Origin: Candidatus Bathyarchaeia archaeon
GTDB taxonomy: Archaea > Thermoproteota > Bathyarchaeia > Bathyarchaeales > Bathycorpusculaceae
Direction of reading: 5' to 3'
Assembly (NCBI GenBank): GCA_038882955.1
Contig: JAVZNC010000002.1
Span: 192,001 to 256,000, forward strand
DNA: 64,000 nt
Shown here piece by piece: positions 10,302 through 20,415 of this stretch; within the stretch, counting starts at the first letter, position 1; the number at the start of each line of letters is the position of its first letter. The position numbers and the translations under genes are program-made. The notes beneath the pieces were generated by a model, which saw only the letters and a list, made by a program, of their open reading frames with translations, had not been told where the DNA came from and made no database searches.

Positions 10302-11207
10302 ATGCTTTTAGACAGAATGATTGTCGGTGTATGTGCTTATAACGAGGAAGGAAACATAGGTAATCTTCTTCAGAATTTGATTTCGGATCAAAATTTACCT
10401 AAGAATTGTATGATTCTTGTTGTTTGTTCCGGATGTACAGATAATACACCTAGAATAGTTATGGATTTTTCAAAAGTGGACAAGAGAATCAAACTTTTAA
10501 CAGAAGAAGTTCGAAGAGGAAAAGCAAACGCCCTTAACAAGATTTTTAGGCTAGCCAAATGCTCTGCAGAAGTGCTGGTTCTTGTGAACGCGGATGCCCT
10601 TCCAGAACCTGGAAGTATAACCGCTTTAACTCATAAGCTAAGAAGCAGCGATAATGTTGGCGCCGTTTTTGCACAACCAGTTCCTATTAAGCTATCCGAA
10701 GGGACTTGTTATAAAATCGTTCATGTTATATGGCGGTTGCACCATTTAATTTCACTTTATCAAGAACCAAAGTTATCCGGAGAATTATGCGCAATACGCG
10801 TTTCCTATCTTCATGAGATTCCGGAAAACGTTGCCACCGACGAGCCCTACATTGAATTTTTTATTCGTAAACAAGGTTACCATATATTCTACGAGCCTAA
10901 AGCTTTGGTATACATAAGATGCCCAACAAACATCGTTGATTTACTAAAGCAGAGAAAAAGAATATGGATTGGTCATTTGCAGTTCAAAAGTGCAACGCAG
11001 TTCCGTGTTTCTACTTCCAGCTTTAAAAACATTCTAAAAGTGATCCCGAAACTGAAAATTTCTGAATTTTTATGTTTATTCTTAGGAGGGTTCGTGGAAG
11101 TAGTCGCTTATATTCAAGCGCGAAATGCCTTTAAGGATAAAATGATTCCTTTCATATGGGATCCGATAGAAAGTACGAAAACACAGCTAAAACTAAATCA
11201 TCTTTAA
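10302..11207 (+). CDS. GT2 glycosyltransferase
   Basis: AYNEE, GCTDNT, GKANALN, NAD, Q-R-K-R-I (QxxRW-like) motifs. Confidence 0.85.
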   Translation: MLLDRMIVGVCAYNEEGNIGNLLQNLISDQNLPKNCMILVVCSGCTDNTPRIVMDFSKVDKRIKLLTEEVRRGKANALNKIFRLAKCSAEVLVLVNADALPEPGSITALTHKLRSSDNVGAVFAQPVPIKLSEGTCYKIVHVIWRLHHLISLYQEPKLSGELCAIRVSYLHEIPENVATDEPYIEFFIRKQGYHIFYEPKALVYIRCPTNIVDLLKQRKRIWIGHLQFKSATQFRVSTSSFKNILKVIPKLKISEFLCLFLGGFVEVVAYIQARNAFKDKMIPFIWDPIESTKTQLKLNHL

Positions 11208-11210
11208 AGG

Positions 11211-12302
11211 GTGTTGCTTTTGCACATTTTACAAATTACGCCAAGATATTACCCCAGTATTGGGGGCGTAGAGGAGCTTGTTAAAAGAATAAGTGAGTTG
11301 CTCGTTGTGAACAAGTTTAACGTTACAGTTTATACTATTGACCTAAATCCCACGTTGCCCAAGGTGCAAGAGATCAACGGGGTGCTGGTTAAACGGTTTA
11401 AACCTGTTGTGGGAGACCCCCTCTATTTTCCTGAACCTAGTTTTTTCGATGTAATTAGGCAAGAGAAGACGGAAATTATTCATATTCATAACCTACATAC
11501 GTTTTTACCCTTTGTTGTAACCTTGTTAAAGAAAAAAAGTCAAAAGCTTGTATTGCATCCGCATTATCATCGTTTCGGTCAGTCATTTTTCCGTAATTGT
11601 TTATTTAAAATTTATAAGTGTGGACTTAAAAGAGTGGTTTTCCCCCTTGCAGATGTTGTAATTGCAAATTCTTTATATGAAAAGCGGATACTTTGTGAGG
11701 ACTTCCACTTAGACGGAAGGATTCTTTTAATTTTTGAAGGTGTTGATGTTGAAGAGTGTAGCAGCGTTAAGCACAATCCTGTTGAACCTAAAAGAATACT
11801 TTATGTAGGAGCCTTAAGGGGTTACAAGAATGTTGATAAAATCATTGAAGGCTTTGCTCAATTAGTGAAGAATGGCGTGGGAAGCTTTAAGTTGGTTATC
11901 GTGGGTGACGGACCGGAGCGTCCGTTTTTAGTTAACTTGGCTTATAAATTGGGTATTAATGGGCTGGTGGAGTGGAAGTCTGGGTTGACGCGACAGCAAC
12001 TGTTGAATGAGTATGCTAGAGCCAGCGTTTTTGTCCATTTGTCTCCGTTGGAAAGTTTTAGCCGCGTTGTTTACGAAGCACTTTTAATTGGTGTTCCAAC
12101 AGTTGTTTTAAATTTTGGTGCAACAGAACACTTGGTTAAGGAAGGATTTGCAGAGGGAGTTAGCTCTCTTAGCGCAAAAGAAATTGCAGAGGCGATTTCA
12201 AAAGCCCTTATGAGAATACATAGCAAAATTGAAGGTTCAAATTTTTTGAGTTGGAAAGAGTATTTAAATAAACTCATCGAACTTTATCATAGCTTAGTGT
12301 AG
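11211..12302 (+). CDS. GT4 glycosyltransferase
   Basis: IGGVE, YKNVD, GDGPE, ESFSRVVYEAL (EX7E). Confidence 0.9.
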   Translation: MLLLHILQITPRYYPSIGGVEELVKRISELLVVNKFNVTVYTIDLNPTLPKVQEINGVLVKRFKPVVGDPLYFPEPSFFDVIRQEKTEIIHIHNLHTFLPFVVTLLKKKSQKLVLHPHYHRFGQSFFRNCLFKIYKCGLKRVVFPLADVVIANSLYEKRILCEDFHLDGRILLIFEGVDVEECSSVKHNPVEPKRILYVGALRGYKNVDKIIEGFAQLVKNGVGSFKLVIVGDGPERPFLVNLAYKLGINGLVEWKSGLTRQQLLNEYARASVFVHLSPLESFSRVVYEALLIGVPTVVLNFGATEHLVKEGFAEGVSSLSAKEIAEAISKALMRIHSKIEGSNFLSWKEYLNKLIELYHSLV

Positions 12303-12343
12303 TTTGTGTAAGAGCATTTAACCAGCCTAGTAGTTGATCGGAG

Positions 12344-13117
12344 ATGGTTGAGAAAGTTAAAGGAAATCTGAAGCTGTTTTATGAGGAAGAGGCAAGACGT
12401 TTGTCTTCACATCAAGATTTCATGTATTTGAAGGGAAACAAATATGAATTATGGTGGCATAGGAAACGGCTGCGTTATATACTCTCTTTTCTTTCTGAAA
12501 TTTTTGGTCAGGATAGCGTGATGACGTTTGTTGATGTTGGTTGCGCAGAGGGTTATTACGTTAAAATTGTGGCTAAAATGCAAAAAGAAACCTTCTGTGT
12601 TGGCGCTGATATAGCTAGGACATACGTGGAAAAGGCGAAGAAAAATTGCAATCTTTCGAACGTTGACTATGTAGTTTGCGATGTTGAAAATTCCCCTTTT
12701 AAAACAGAATCTATTGACATTGTGCTTTGTTCTGAGGTTTTAGAGCATGTGTTTAACTATAAAAGCGCAATTTTTGAGCTGTTTAGAATTAGTGGAAAGC
12801 ATCTTGTGGTATCTTTTCCGGGACACACATTTGTATACAAGTTCATTCGAAAGATAAAACCTCTTCAGAGGCTTTCCGAGAAGATGGCGAAAGATGTGGG
12901 ACACATATCTGAAGTGAAAATTGAAGATTTGCGAGAAAAGGTAGGAAATTATGCGTCATTTCAGATAAAAATTGGGGGTTCGCTTCCATTGCAGTTGGTT
13001 AGATTGATTCCGTCAATTAAGTTGGTTGAATTAATTGATGAGTTAATCTGTGGCGTTCTAATACGCCTTAATATGGTGGAATATGTAACCATACACGTTG
13101 TGAAAGTAACAAGATAA
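12344..13117 (+). CDS. Class I SAM-dependent methyltransferase
   Basis: VDVGCAEG, PFKTESIDIVLCSEVLEHV. Confidence 0.88.
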   Translation: MVEKVKGNLKLFYEEEARRLSSHQDFMYLKGNKYELWWHRKRLRYILSFLSEIFGQDSVMTFVDVGCAEGYYVKIVAKMQKETFCVGADIARTYVEKAKKNCNLSNVDYVVCDVENSPFKTESIDIVLCSEVLEHVFNYKSAIFELFRISGKHLVVSFPGHTFVYKFIRKIKPLQRLSEKMAKDVGHISEVKIEDLREKVGNYASFQIKIGGSLPLQLVRLIPSIKLVELIDELICGVLIRLNMVEYVTIHVVKVTR

Positions 13118-13140
13118 TTGTTAAAACTTTTAATATCTCG

Positions 13141-15684
13141 TTGTCATTAGTGGATAAAAAGTTGTCTGGGCGGGGAGATATGCTGGCTGTGTTTGCGCAG
13201 TTGCTTCTTGTTTGTTTTCTTTTAATAGTTGATGGTGAACCTTTTAGATTTTTTATTTTGCGTCGGTTTAAACTTTTTTCGAATTTAGATGTAATGCAAA
13301 TATGTGTTCTTAACATTTATCTTGGCGGAATGTTTTTTTATGCAATTGGCGTGTTGCCCTTTAAACTTTTTAATTATACGGTAATTTTAGGTTTTACAGC
13401 TTTAAGCTTATTTCTTTCTTTTATTGTACACTTTGATGCTTTGAAAGGAATTGCAAACATGCTTAAAGTGAAGAGTTCCGTTGTGAGAGTCAATAGAAAA
13501 ACTTTCTCTGCATATTTGCTTGTTTTTGTCATGTTTATAATTTTTCTTGTTATCAACCTTTTTTCTGTTGCAAGTTTCGTTTTTGGAAGTGTGCGCGATG
13601 AGTCTATTCATTCTCTTTTTGTCCAAGTAATTTTGGAGAATGGAAATATTCCATTAACTTTGCAGCCATATTTACAAGAAGGTATAATTTATCCTCAAGC
13701 GGCGCATGTCATCTTTGCTTTTGCATCTTACTTTTTGAGCATGGAGATTCCTCAAGTTGTTTTTTATGTTACTATACTTTTTAAGGCGTTATCCGTGGTT
13801 GCTGCGTATTCTTTGGGTTTGAAATTAGGTTTTGATAAAAGTTCTAGTGCACTTTTAAGTTTTGTTTTTGCCTTCATTTCAAGCTGGCCTTTATTTATAA
13901 CTTGGGGAGGAAATCCCTTTGCGGTTGGTTTTCCTCTTTTTCTTGTTTGTTTGGGGATGTTGTTGCCACTTCTTGGATCCACTGAAAGATATGGTTATGC
14001 TGAACTTTTAGCTTTAGGTTTCATTTTTGGTTACTTGGGAGCTATTATTTTATCATATCTTCAAGTGCTCATGGTTATTGCCCTTTTTGTTTTAATTTAC
14101 TATGCTGCTAGAAAGCGCAGCGCCTCTCGTCTTCTAGGCGAGTTTGTTGTAATTTTTTGCACCAGTTTGCTTCCGCTGAGTCCTTTTTTGTATAGGTTTT
14201 TCATTTTCTATCATTATCCTGGACATAACATTGGTATTCCTTCTGATTTTATGGGATGGACGAGCCAGCAACTCGGCATAACGCAAGCTCTTCAATGGGC
14301 ATTTGACAACTTATCTCCTTATATATTGCTTCGATTGTTGATTTTAACCTTTTTAGTGGCTCTTGTTGTTTTAATACGGAGGACGAGAGATTATGGGGAC
14401 GTTAAGCGTACTGTTGCTTTTGCCTTAGTAATTTTTGTTAGTGCAACGGCGCTGTCGTTTCTGTCGTTCTTTCTTCCTGCAGACTTTGGCGTCGTATCTT
14501 GGGGGCATCAAGGAATAATAATGTCGATTTCCATAAATTTGTTAATTTTTGCTTTTTACATAAAAGCGGCGAAGATATTGAGTAACTGGCTGAAAGATCA
14601 TTTGCCTCGTGTAGTTTTCTATAAGCATCTTTGCCTCTCATCCCTTCTGACTTTTACTTTACTTTCGTTAGTAACTGTTCCATTTTTGTACTATAGAGTC
14701 GTGGTTGATCCTGTGGCTCTTCAAGGTGCTTATAACGTCTACGGTGTTACCACGGTGGATGATTATAATTTGATGTTGTGGATGAAAGAAAATTTGTCGC
14801 TTAGTGCTGTGGTTTTGGTTCATCCATACGAGGCTGGCTTGTTTATTCCATCAGTTTCTCATCATAGGATAGTTTTTCCTTATTCTGGCAGTACTTTTAG
14901 TAGGCGTTATCAGACGGTTGTGGGATTAATAGAAAATCGGACGATGAATACAACAGCCTATGATTTGATGCGGGATCTTGGTGTTTCTCACGTCTTTGTT
15001 GGTGCTCAAGTTGCTTATTGTGAAGGATATTCCATTTGGGCTCCTGAACTTTTTCTTGGTAACCCCAATTTTAAACTTGTAAAGAATTTTGGCAGAGCCT
15101 ACCTTTTTGAGTTGAATTACACTAATCCGAACATTGCCTTTTTGGATGATTTTGAGCATGATGTTTGGGATCAGAGCGGGTGGCAATACGGTTCTTTCGG
15201 AAATGGTTTAGGCAATGTGACGATTGCTGCTGGTTTCGGACAGAACGGATCACGATGCTTAATGCTTTCTGCTCAAGCTACGCCTGCAATGCTTTATTGG
15301 GAACCTAAATATGTATATTGGGTTAGCAGAGAAATTTTTGTATTGAATAACTCGGAAGTTGCACTTTCATTTTACTTGGATGCGAGGAAAGGTTTTGGCG
15401 GAAACGATACATTCGCGTTAATAATTTCCGACGCCACAATCCCGCAATCCCTCGTAATAACTACTCCAAATGGAATTTACGATGAATTCGTAAACGCTAT
15501 AAAGTTGGATAGTAATTATGGCACTTTTAACGTTAATTTAAGTGAAAAATGGCTACAAGTCTTCAACTCCTCTATGCCCCGATCCTTTATTTTGCAACTC
15601 GCTAACTACGACTTTGATGGAGTAATAAATACAGTTTACATCGATGACATTAAAGTTATCTGTAAACCAATAGACCATACTTAG
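13141..15684 (+). CDS. Polytopic membrane protein, probable GT-C-type glycosyltransferase with C-terminal extracellular domain
   Basis: More than a dozen hydrophobic segments; RDESIH...YP loop; WMKEN..., YLF motifs typical of the soluble domain of GT-C/STT3-like proteins; start may be 13180. Confidence 0.6.
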   Translation: MSLVDKKLSGRGDMLAVFAQLLLVCFLLIVDGEPFRFFILRRFKLFSNLDVMQICVLNIYLGGMFFYAIGVLPFKLFNYTVILGFTALSLFLSFIVHFDALKGIANMLKVKSSVVRVNRKTFSAYLLVFVMFIIFLVINLFSVASFVFGSVRDESIHSLFVQVILENGNIPLTLQPYLQEGIIYPQAAHVIFAFASYFLSMEIPQVVFYVTILFKALSVVAAYSLGLKLGFDKSSSALLSFVFAFISSWPLFITWGGNPFAVGFPLFLVCLGMLLPLLGSTERYGYAELLALGFIFGYLGAIILSYLQVLMVIALFVLIYYAARKRSASRLLGEFVVIFCTSLLPLSPFLYRFFIFYHYPGHNIGIPSDFMGWTSQQLGITQALQWAFDNLSPYILLRLLILTFLVALVVLIRRTRDYGDVKRTVAFALVIFVSATALSFLSFFLPADFGVVSWGHQGIIMSISINLLIFAFYIKAAKILSNWLKDHLPRVVFYKHLCLSSLLTFTLLSLVTVPFLYYRVVVDPVALQGAYNVYGVTTVDDYNLMLWMKENLSLSAVVLVHPYEAGLFIPSVSHHRIVFPYSGSTFSRRYQTVVGLIENRTMNTTAYDLMRDLGVSHVFVGAQVAYCEGYSIWAPELFLGNPNFKLVKNFGRAYLFELNYTNPNIAFLDDFEHDVWDQSGWQYGSFGNGLGNVTIAAGFGQNGSRCLMLSAQATPAMLYWEPKYVYWVSREIFVLNNSEVALSFYLDARKGFGGNDTFALIISDATIPQSLVITTPNGIYDEFVNAIKLDSNYGTFNVNLSEKWLQVFNSSMPRSFILQLANYDFDGVINTVYIDDIKVICKPIDHT

Positions 15685-15692
15685 GCGGTTTT

Positions 15693-16823
15693 ATGAAGAT
15701 ACTGCATTTGATCGACTCATTCGATGCGAGATTCGAAAGAGACCAAATAAAATTAGTAGAATTGTTGGAAAGAAAGGGATACCGTAACACAGTTATTACA
15801 TCAAGGTTTTCATCCGATTGGAAGCATAGAAGAAAGGCAGAGTTTAAGCTTTGGGAGAAGAATTTTTCTCAAACAGAAATTTTACACGAACCAAGTTTTA
15901 GAATTCCAACACCATTTTCGAGGGAACCCTCCACCATCTATTTACCTCTTAGACGAATTTTACATGATTTTGACATAATTCATGCATACACTTTTGGTAC
16001 ATATTCATCTCTCTTGGGCGCCATTTTAAAAAAAGTAAAAAAATCCAAGCTTGTTATAAGATCTGATTTATCGGCATCTGCTTATTATAAAACTAAAAAT
16101 AAAGCACTTTACAGAACAATAACAATGTACCCTTTCAGAGTCACAGATGCTGTTTATGCATATTCAATGTTAGAGAAACGCTATCTTGTTGATTTAGGAA
16201 TTCAAAAAAGCAAAATATGGGTTATACCTCCGGGAATAGATTTTGATAAATTTTCCAAGAGTTCGATAGTTCCGAAAAGAGATATTACAACAATTGGGTA
16301 TTTGGGAAGGTTTTGTTTCGTTAAAGGTGTTCACAGGATAATTCCAGTGCTGCATGACTTATTGCGGAGAGAGGAAAAAGTTAGAGTATTCTTTACTGGT
16401 ATAATTGAAGATGGTAAATATGCAGAAGATGTATTAAAGCAGCTTAAGCAGTTCAGAAATTTCCAATTCCTTGCTGACTTAAGCCTTTCTCCACTAAGAT
16501 TCTACGATATGTGTGATATAATATTAGTGCCCTCTGTATCTGAAACAGGCGCAATAACAGTTTTGGAAGTAATGGCTTCTGGGAAAACTGTAATTGCCTC
16601 TGATATCAATCCTATTAATGAGTATATACAGCACGAATTCAACGGCTTTTTATTTCAGAATCAGGAGGAGTTATATTTTTACTTAAAAAATCTAATAGAA
16701 AATCCAGATTTAATAGTTAAGATAGGTAAAAATGCGAGAGAGAGTGCAAAAAAATACGACTGGAAAATTATTATGCGCAGGTACGAGGAAATGTATAAAA
16801 GTGTTATAAAAGGAGAAAAGTAA
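15693..16823 (+). CDS. GT4 glycosyltransferase
   Basis: IPPGID, GYLGRF..VKG, ETGAITVLEVMASG (EX7E). Confidence 0.9.
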   Translation: MKILHLIDSFDARFERDQIKLVELLERKGYRNTVITSRFSSDWKHRRKAEFKLWEKNFSQTEILHEPSFRIPTPFSREPSTIYLPLRRILHDFDIIHAYTFGTYSSLLGAILKKVKKSKLVIRSDLSASAYYKTKNKALYRTITMYPFRVTDAVYAYSMLEKRYLVDLGIQKSKIWVIPPGIDFDKFSKSSIVPKRDITTIGYLGRFCFVKGVHRIIPVLHDLLRREEKVRVFFTGIIEDGKYAEDVLKQLKQFRNFQFLADLSLSPLRFYDMCDIILVPSVSETGAITVLEVMASGKTVIASDINPINEYIQHEFNGFLFQNQEELYFYLKNLIENPDLIVKIGKNARESAKKYDWKIIMRRYEEMYKSVIKGEK

Positions 16824-16857
16824 TTCCAAGAAACTGTTTGCTTTGGGTGGGGATAAA

Positions 16858-17367
16858 GTGAGGCTTGATGTTGGTTGTGGAAATGCTCCAACTGGTGATG
16901 TTAATGTCGATCTTCAGGTTTCCGAATGACACCGTGATGGAGTAAAAATTTTTGCAAAGAAAATTCCAAATTTTGTTTATGCCTCAGTTTATTTCCTACC
17001 CTTTCGCGATGACTGTTTCGATGAGGTTGTTTCTTACCATCTTCTGGAACATTTAGATACACCAATTTTAGCGCTTAAAGAGATGATCCGTGTATCAAAA
17101 AATACAGTTTCTGTTGTTGTCCCAGCCTTTGGATATCTAGGAGAATGCGGAGAACATATTTATACGTGGAGTGAAGGAAGCCTTTATAACTTACTTCGCA
17201 AAAGTGGGTTGAAGAATGTCACGGTTTCCACAGGATGCTTTCGCGAAGTTAAAGGAAAAGTTTTGCGACGGCTCTATAAACGAAGCTACATCCTCGGCAA
17301 TTTTGCCATGATTTTCATGAAGAAATTATACCATATAGAGCTTCAAGGTAGAGGCCAAAAATATTGA
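16858..17367 (+). pseudogene. Class I SAM methyltransferase interrupted by in-frame TGA at 16927-16929
   Basis: GTG 16858 gives RLDVGCGNAPTGDVNVDLQVSE*HRDG...LPFRDDCFDEVVSYHLLEH, continuing in the same frame into ORF 17083-17367. Confidence 0.8.
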
Positions 17368-17391
17368 ATGTTTAGTCAACCCGTTGTGCTC

Positions 17392-18459
17392 TTATTCAAG
17401 CTTATTTGAGAGCAATTTATTTTCTCTATTATCCGTTCTCCAGTTTTCGATCTTTCCCCACAGTGTTTGGCATCCTATGATTATTAGTGGATATGTGACA
17501 ATCCACGTGATAGAGTATAAGGGTCCATAATAATCATGAAAACTCCAAACATCCCCTCCGTTTACTCCAATTACAAAAATCGATACTATCCTTAAAATGT
17601 TAATAAAGTATGTTATTGCCGCTCCAACCAAAAAACAAATCACCTTCTTAACCATGGACATGCGGACGCCTTCCAAAAAAAGCACTATTGTAACACTGTA
17701 TATCAAGAGGCTGTCGATACCTGCACAAGGCCATCCAATGCGTGCACCCCAAGACACACCACGCTGATCGTAAGCAATCAAAAGTGGCATCGTAGAACCT
17801 AAGTACAAAGACGTGCGATATCCAATGAAGTTAAGCATTTTAGACGCCAAACTCGCTGTTGTAGGGACAAGAATTTGAAAGGGAACAAACCCCGCAGAGT
17901 AAAGGTTGTCTATCATGTAAACCGTCCCGATTACTCCCAAAAAAAGTGTGGGAACCGAGAAATTCCTAAAGCCAACAGTCCCATACTCAAGAACAGTCAA
18001 TAAAGCAAAAACCACCGCAAACACAAGATATTCAATTGAAAGAGGGATAACTTCCGGATATAAAGAAGCAAATGTTATACCCTGCTCAATCGCCAAATCA
18101 TTTATCGCGTTATTCAATCCCAAAAAGTTTCCAGCAATAACATATAACGTCGGCAACCAAAAAACCACAAGAAACACTATACCTCTAATGGACTTAACAC
18201 TTTTAATTCTATGATCCTTGAACGCGTCCCATTTTAAAATAATTTCCATCAATATTAGCCATAAAAAGAATATGTAATAAGTCCTTCCCTTCCAAGTTTT
18301 CCCAAAGGAAATTGGATCAATGCAGTATAAAATTATCATGGGGATTAGAAAACTTATAAAGGGTAAAAATCTTGGGATTAGAGCAATAATTTTCTTTTTA
18401 TTCGCAGCGAAACTTTCCATTAACCTTCTCCATTTCCAAACCACGGACAATTTCTCCAC
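17392..18459 (-). CDS. Exosortase/archaeosortase family transpeptidase
   Basis: Multi-TM protein with catalytic Cys (WPCAG), Arg (NILRI) and His (FHDY) in the exosortase arrangement. Confidence 0.85.
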   Translation of the reverse strand: MEKLSVVWKWRRLMESFAANKKKIIALIPRFLPFISFLIPMIILYCIDPISFGKTWKGRTYYIFFLWLILMEIILKWDAFKDHRIKSVKSIRGIVFLVVFWLPTLYVIAGNFLGLNNAINDLAIEQGITFASLYPEVIPLSIEYLVFAVVFALLTVLEYGTVGFRNFSVPTLFLGVIGTVYMIDNLYSAGFVPFQILVPTTASLASKMLNFIGYRTSLYLGSTMPLLIAYDQRGVSWGARIGWPCAGIDSLLIYSVTIVLFLEGVRMSMVKKVICFLVGAAITYFINILRIVSIFVIGVNGGDVWSFHDYYGPLYSITWIVTYPLIIIGCQTLWGKIENWRTDNRENKLLSNKLE

Positions 18460-18575
18460 CGTGACCTAAATGGCTAATAACTTTAAAAGCATTTAGACTA
18501 ACTAAATCATTGTGCTTTTCAGCGAAAGAAGCTTAACATTTATTTTGTTTTATGCCATAAGTTTTTTAGCTGGCG

Positions 18576-19802
18576 TTGCCAAAGATGAATGTTTCCCACG
18601 AGTTTATTAAAAGAAAATTTGAAGAGTATTACAGAAAAAATTATACTTCAGTCCACGCGCCGTCAAGTATTGAACAAAGAGAATTTGGTTTTTTAACTTT
18701 TGACAGAAAAAACATGTTAAGGCATATGAGCTTCAAAACAAAAGAAAGTTTAGAATCATTTTTAAGAAGAGAAGTTTATGCGGATGTATATTACTCTTGT
18801 GCCTATTACGAGAATCCCGAAGCCGATATGGAGATGAAGGGCTGGCTTGGCGCAGATTTAATTTTTGATATAGACGCAGATCACATACCAACACTATGCG
18901 ATAAGATTCATGACGAATGGAAATGTGGCAACTGCAGCTTCACGGGCAAAGGGATTACTCCAGAAAAATGTCCCATATGCGGCAGCGAAAAATTTGATGT
19001 GAACACTTGGCCTTGCGAAGAATGCTTATATTCTGCAAAGACGGAGACCATAAAGCTTCTGGAGATGTTAAAGCAAGATTTTGGCTTTTCAGATAATGAG
19101 GTTCACACGTTTTTTTCTGGGCATAGGGGTTACCACGTTCATGTTGAAAGCGATGCTGTCAAAACGCTTGATGCAATGGAACGAAAGGAGATTGTGGATT
19201 ATGTTTCAGCATTGGGCTTGAACATTGATGGTGTCATCCTAGCAGAAGAATCTTCGCGTAAATTTATGCACAGTTTTGGTTGGCCTAGGCGGTTGGCAGT
19301 GGGCATAGAAGACTTTATTGCAAGTGCTGGCGAAGAAGACTTTTTGAAGGCGGGACTTGAAAGACGCTCTGTTAGCGGGATAATACATAATAGGGATTTA
19401 ATTCTGAAAAACCTTCGAAGAACTGGAATGCTGGGCTATGTGAGGGGTATTGGCCCTAAAACGTGGACGAAAGTTGTTAGGCATATCGTAAAGTTGAAAT
19501 CTGCAAGTATCGACACTGTTGTGACGACGGATACGCATCGGCTTATACGGTTGGCTGAAACCTTGAATAGTAAGACAGGCTTCAAAAAGGTAGAGTTTCC
19601 AGCCTCAACCATTGAAGATTTTGACCCGTTCAAAATGGCTGTAGCCTTTAAAGGCGGCTTTGTCGACGTGAAGGTTTATGATGCGCCAAAGTTCAGAATT
19701 GGCGAGGAAACATTTGGTCCATACAAAAATCAGAGGGTTGAGCTGCCAACGGCAGCGGCTGTTTTGCTTATCTGTAAAAATAGGGCGGAGGTTATAGCAT
19801 AA
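18576..19802 (+). CDS. priS: DNA primase small subunit with inserted zinc-ribbon
   Basis: QREFGF, ADLIFDIDADH, FSGHRGYHVH, IDTVVTTDTHRLIRL. Confidence 0.95.
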   Translation: MPKMNVSHEFIKRKFEEYYRKNYTSVHAPSSIEQREFGFLTFDRKNMLRHMSFKTKESLESFLRREVYADVYYSCAYYENPEADMEMKGWLGADLIFDIDADHIPTLCDKIHDEWKCGNCSFTGKGITPEKCPICGSEKFDVNTWPCEECLYSAKTETIKLLEMLKQDFGFSDNEVHTFFSGHRGYHVHVESDAVKTLDAMERKEIVDYVSALGLNIDGVILAEESSRKFMHSFGWPRRLAVGIEDFIASAGEEDFLKAGLERRSVSGIIHNRDLILKNLRRTGMLGYVRGIGPKTWTKVVRHIVKLKSASIDTVVTTDTHRLIRLAETLNSKTGFKKVEFPASTIEDFDPFKMAVAFKGGFVDVKVYDAPKFRIGEETFGPYKNQRVELPTAAAVLLICKNRAEVIA

Positions 19803-20363
19803 TTGTACAAGACTCTATACGAAGCCTGGGAGTGCGAGGTCAAAAATCAAGCACTTCAAAAGCTTCCTCCAGACTTTTATGTTACGGTTGCAGATTATCT
19901 GCGAAGGCTTAGAGAAGAAAGTCGAATGCTAGATAAAAAGACTGTTAAGGCTAGCCTACTCAAACATGAACTGGTGAACGTGAAGCGTATGGTTAATGAA
20001 ATAGTCTTGACACGCTATAAGAAAGTAATTAATGTTTTAGCTAAGGGTGGAAAAATTCCGCAAGATGCATTGACGTCTGAAGAGGCGAACATTTATGGCG
20101 GAGCTACGCCTTTTGCGGATTCTGTCCAAAATTTTATCAAGAGCATTCTTCGAGGGTTTTTGCCAAAAACGGAAGTTAAAATTGTGCGTAAAAGGGTTGT
20201 TTTGCGTTTTTTGGCTGACGTCCCAGCAATAATTGGTGCAGATATGAAGACTTATGGTCCTTTTAAGGCTGAGGATGTAGCTTCACTACCAATTGAGAAC
20301 GCTAACGTTCTTGTTAAGCAGGGTTTGGCTGAAATGGTTGAGTTTGGGGGGTTTGTGAGCTAA
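19803..20363 (+). CDS. gins15: GINS subunit Gins15 (Gins51)
   Basis: LQKLPPDFY, R.KK, C-terminal B-domain IIGADMKTYGPFKAEDVASLP..NA..LV; follows priS. Confidence 0.9.
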   Translation: MYKTLYEAWECEVKNQALQKLPPDFYVTVADYLRRLREESRMLDKKTVKASLLKHELVNVKRMVNEIVLTRYKKVINVLAKGGKIPQDALTSEEANIYGGATPFADSVQNFIKSILRGFLPKTEVKIVRKRVVLRFLADVPAIIGADMKTYGPFKAEDVASLPIENANVLVKQGLAEMVEFGGFVS

Positions 20364-20415
20364 AAAAGTATAAGTGTGAGTGTGTTTTCTTTATGCAAAG
20401 CTGGATGTGGTTTAG

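Noticed and set aside
16927-16929. Selenocysteine reading of the in-frame TGA
   Set aside because: The codon lies in a variable loop of a methyltransferase, not a redox Cys position, and no SECIS-like hairpin was evident; nonsense mutation or error is more likely
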